Source: Chiloscyllium plagiosum (taxonomy: Eukaryota). Taken from it: a stretch of 30,043 bases of DNA. Shown here one piece after another: positions 29,741-30,043 of the stretch. The notes under the pieces were generated by a model, which was not told the origin of the DNA, did not search any database, and worked only from the letters and a program-made list of their open reading frames with translations. Within the stretch, counting starts at the first letter, position 1. Each line of letters opens with the position of its first letter. Location: assembly GCF_004010195.1 (NCBI RefSeq), contig NC_057757.1, forward strand, positions 4,265,111 through 4,295,153. The letters are read 5' to 3'. Both the position numbers and the translations under genes were made by a program.

Positions 29741-30043
29741 AGTCATAGAGTCGTAGAGATGTACAGCATGGAAACAGACCCTTCAATCCAACCCATCCAT
29801 GCCGACCAGATATCCCAACCCAATCTAGTCCCACCTGCCAGCACCCGGCCCATATCCCTCCAAACCCTTCCTATACATATACCCATCTAAATGCCTCTTA
29901 AATGTTGCAATTGTACCAGCCACCACCACATCATCTGGCAGCTCATTCCATACACGTACCACCCACTGCGTGAAAAAGTTGCCACTTAGGTCTCTTTTAT
30001 ATCTTTCCCCTCTCACCCTAAACCTATGCCCTCTAGTTCTGGA
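29741..30043 (-). mobile_element. CR1-clade LINE 3' end
   Basis: RGERYKRDLSGNFFTQWVVRVWNELP..HLDGYMYRKGLEGYGPGAGRWD; tail AGTCATAGAGTC. Confidence 0.9.

Overview
Vertebrate genomic DNA, almost certainly elasmobranch (shark). The evidence is HE1-type V-SINEs, SacSINE1/Deu-type SINEs, CR1-clade LINEs and Penelope-type hammerhead repeats, all recognised from memory of the consensus sequences. Most of the window is transposon debris and most ORFs in the track are spurious. Two real genes are readable on the + strand. (1) The last three coding exons (5523-5660, 6600-6674, 10633-11399) of a complement C1s-like gene, encoding CCP2 plus a single-exon trypsin-like domain. Its catalytic His and Ser are replaced by Thr and Gly while the frame, disulfides and activation site are intact, so it looks like a pseudo-protease. 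(2) A gene invisible to the ORF track. It has a CCAAT/TATA/Inr promoter, a signal-peptide exon (18417-18471) and a chain of 18-24 nt phase-1 micro-exons (19391 to 29188, continuing past the window). These encode a secreted Gly/Pro/Tyr/Lys-rich repeat protein: MEYPCVLLLVSLMAVVMADAFHLDGKYPFHGYGKRYDDKVGPGYGPVGPLYGPVGSLYTPGKGYGQKGRPGYGP... The gene grew by tandem duplication of a ~1.0-1.4 kb two-exon module, and some copies have lost their splice acceptors. I do not recognise this protein. Also present: a near full-length antisense CR1 with a nested CR1, a degenerate interstitial telomeric array, and SINEs with internal 53-bp tandem expansions.
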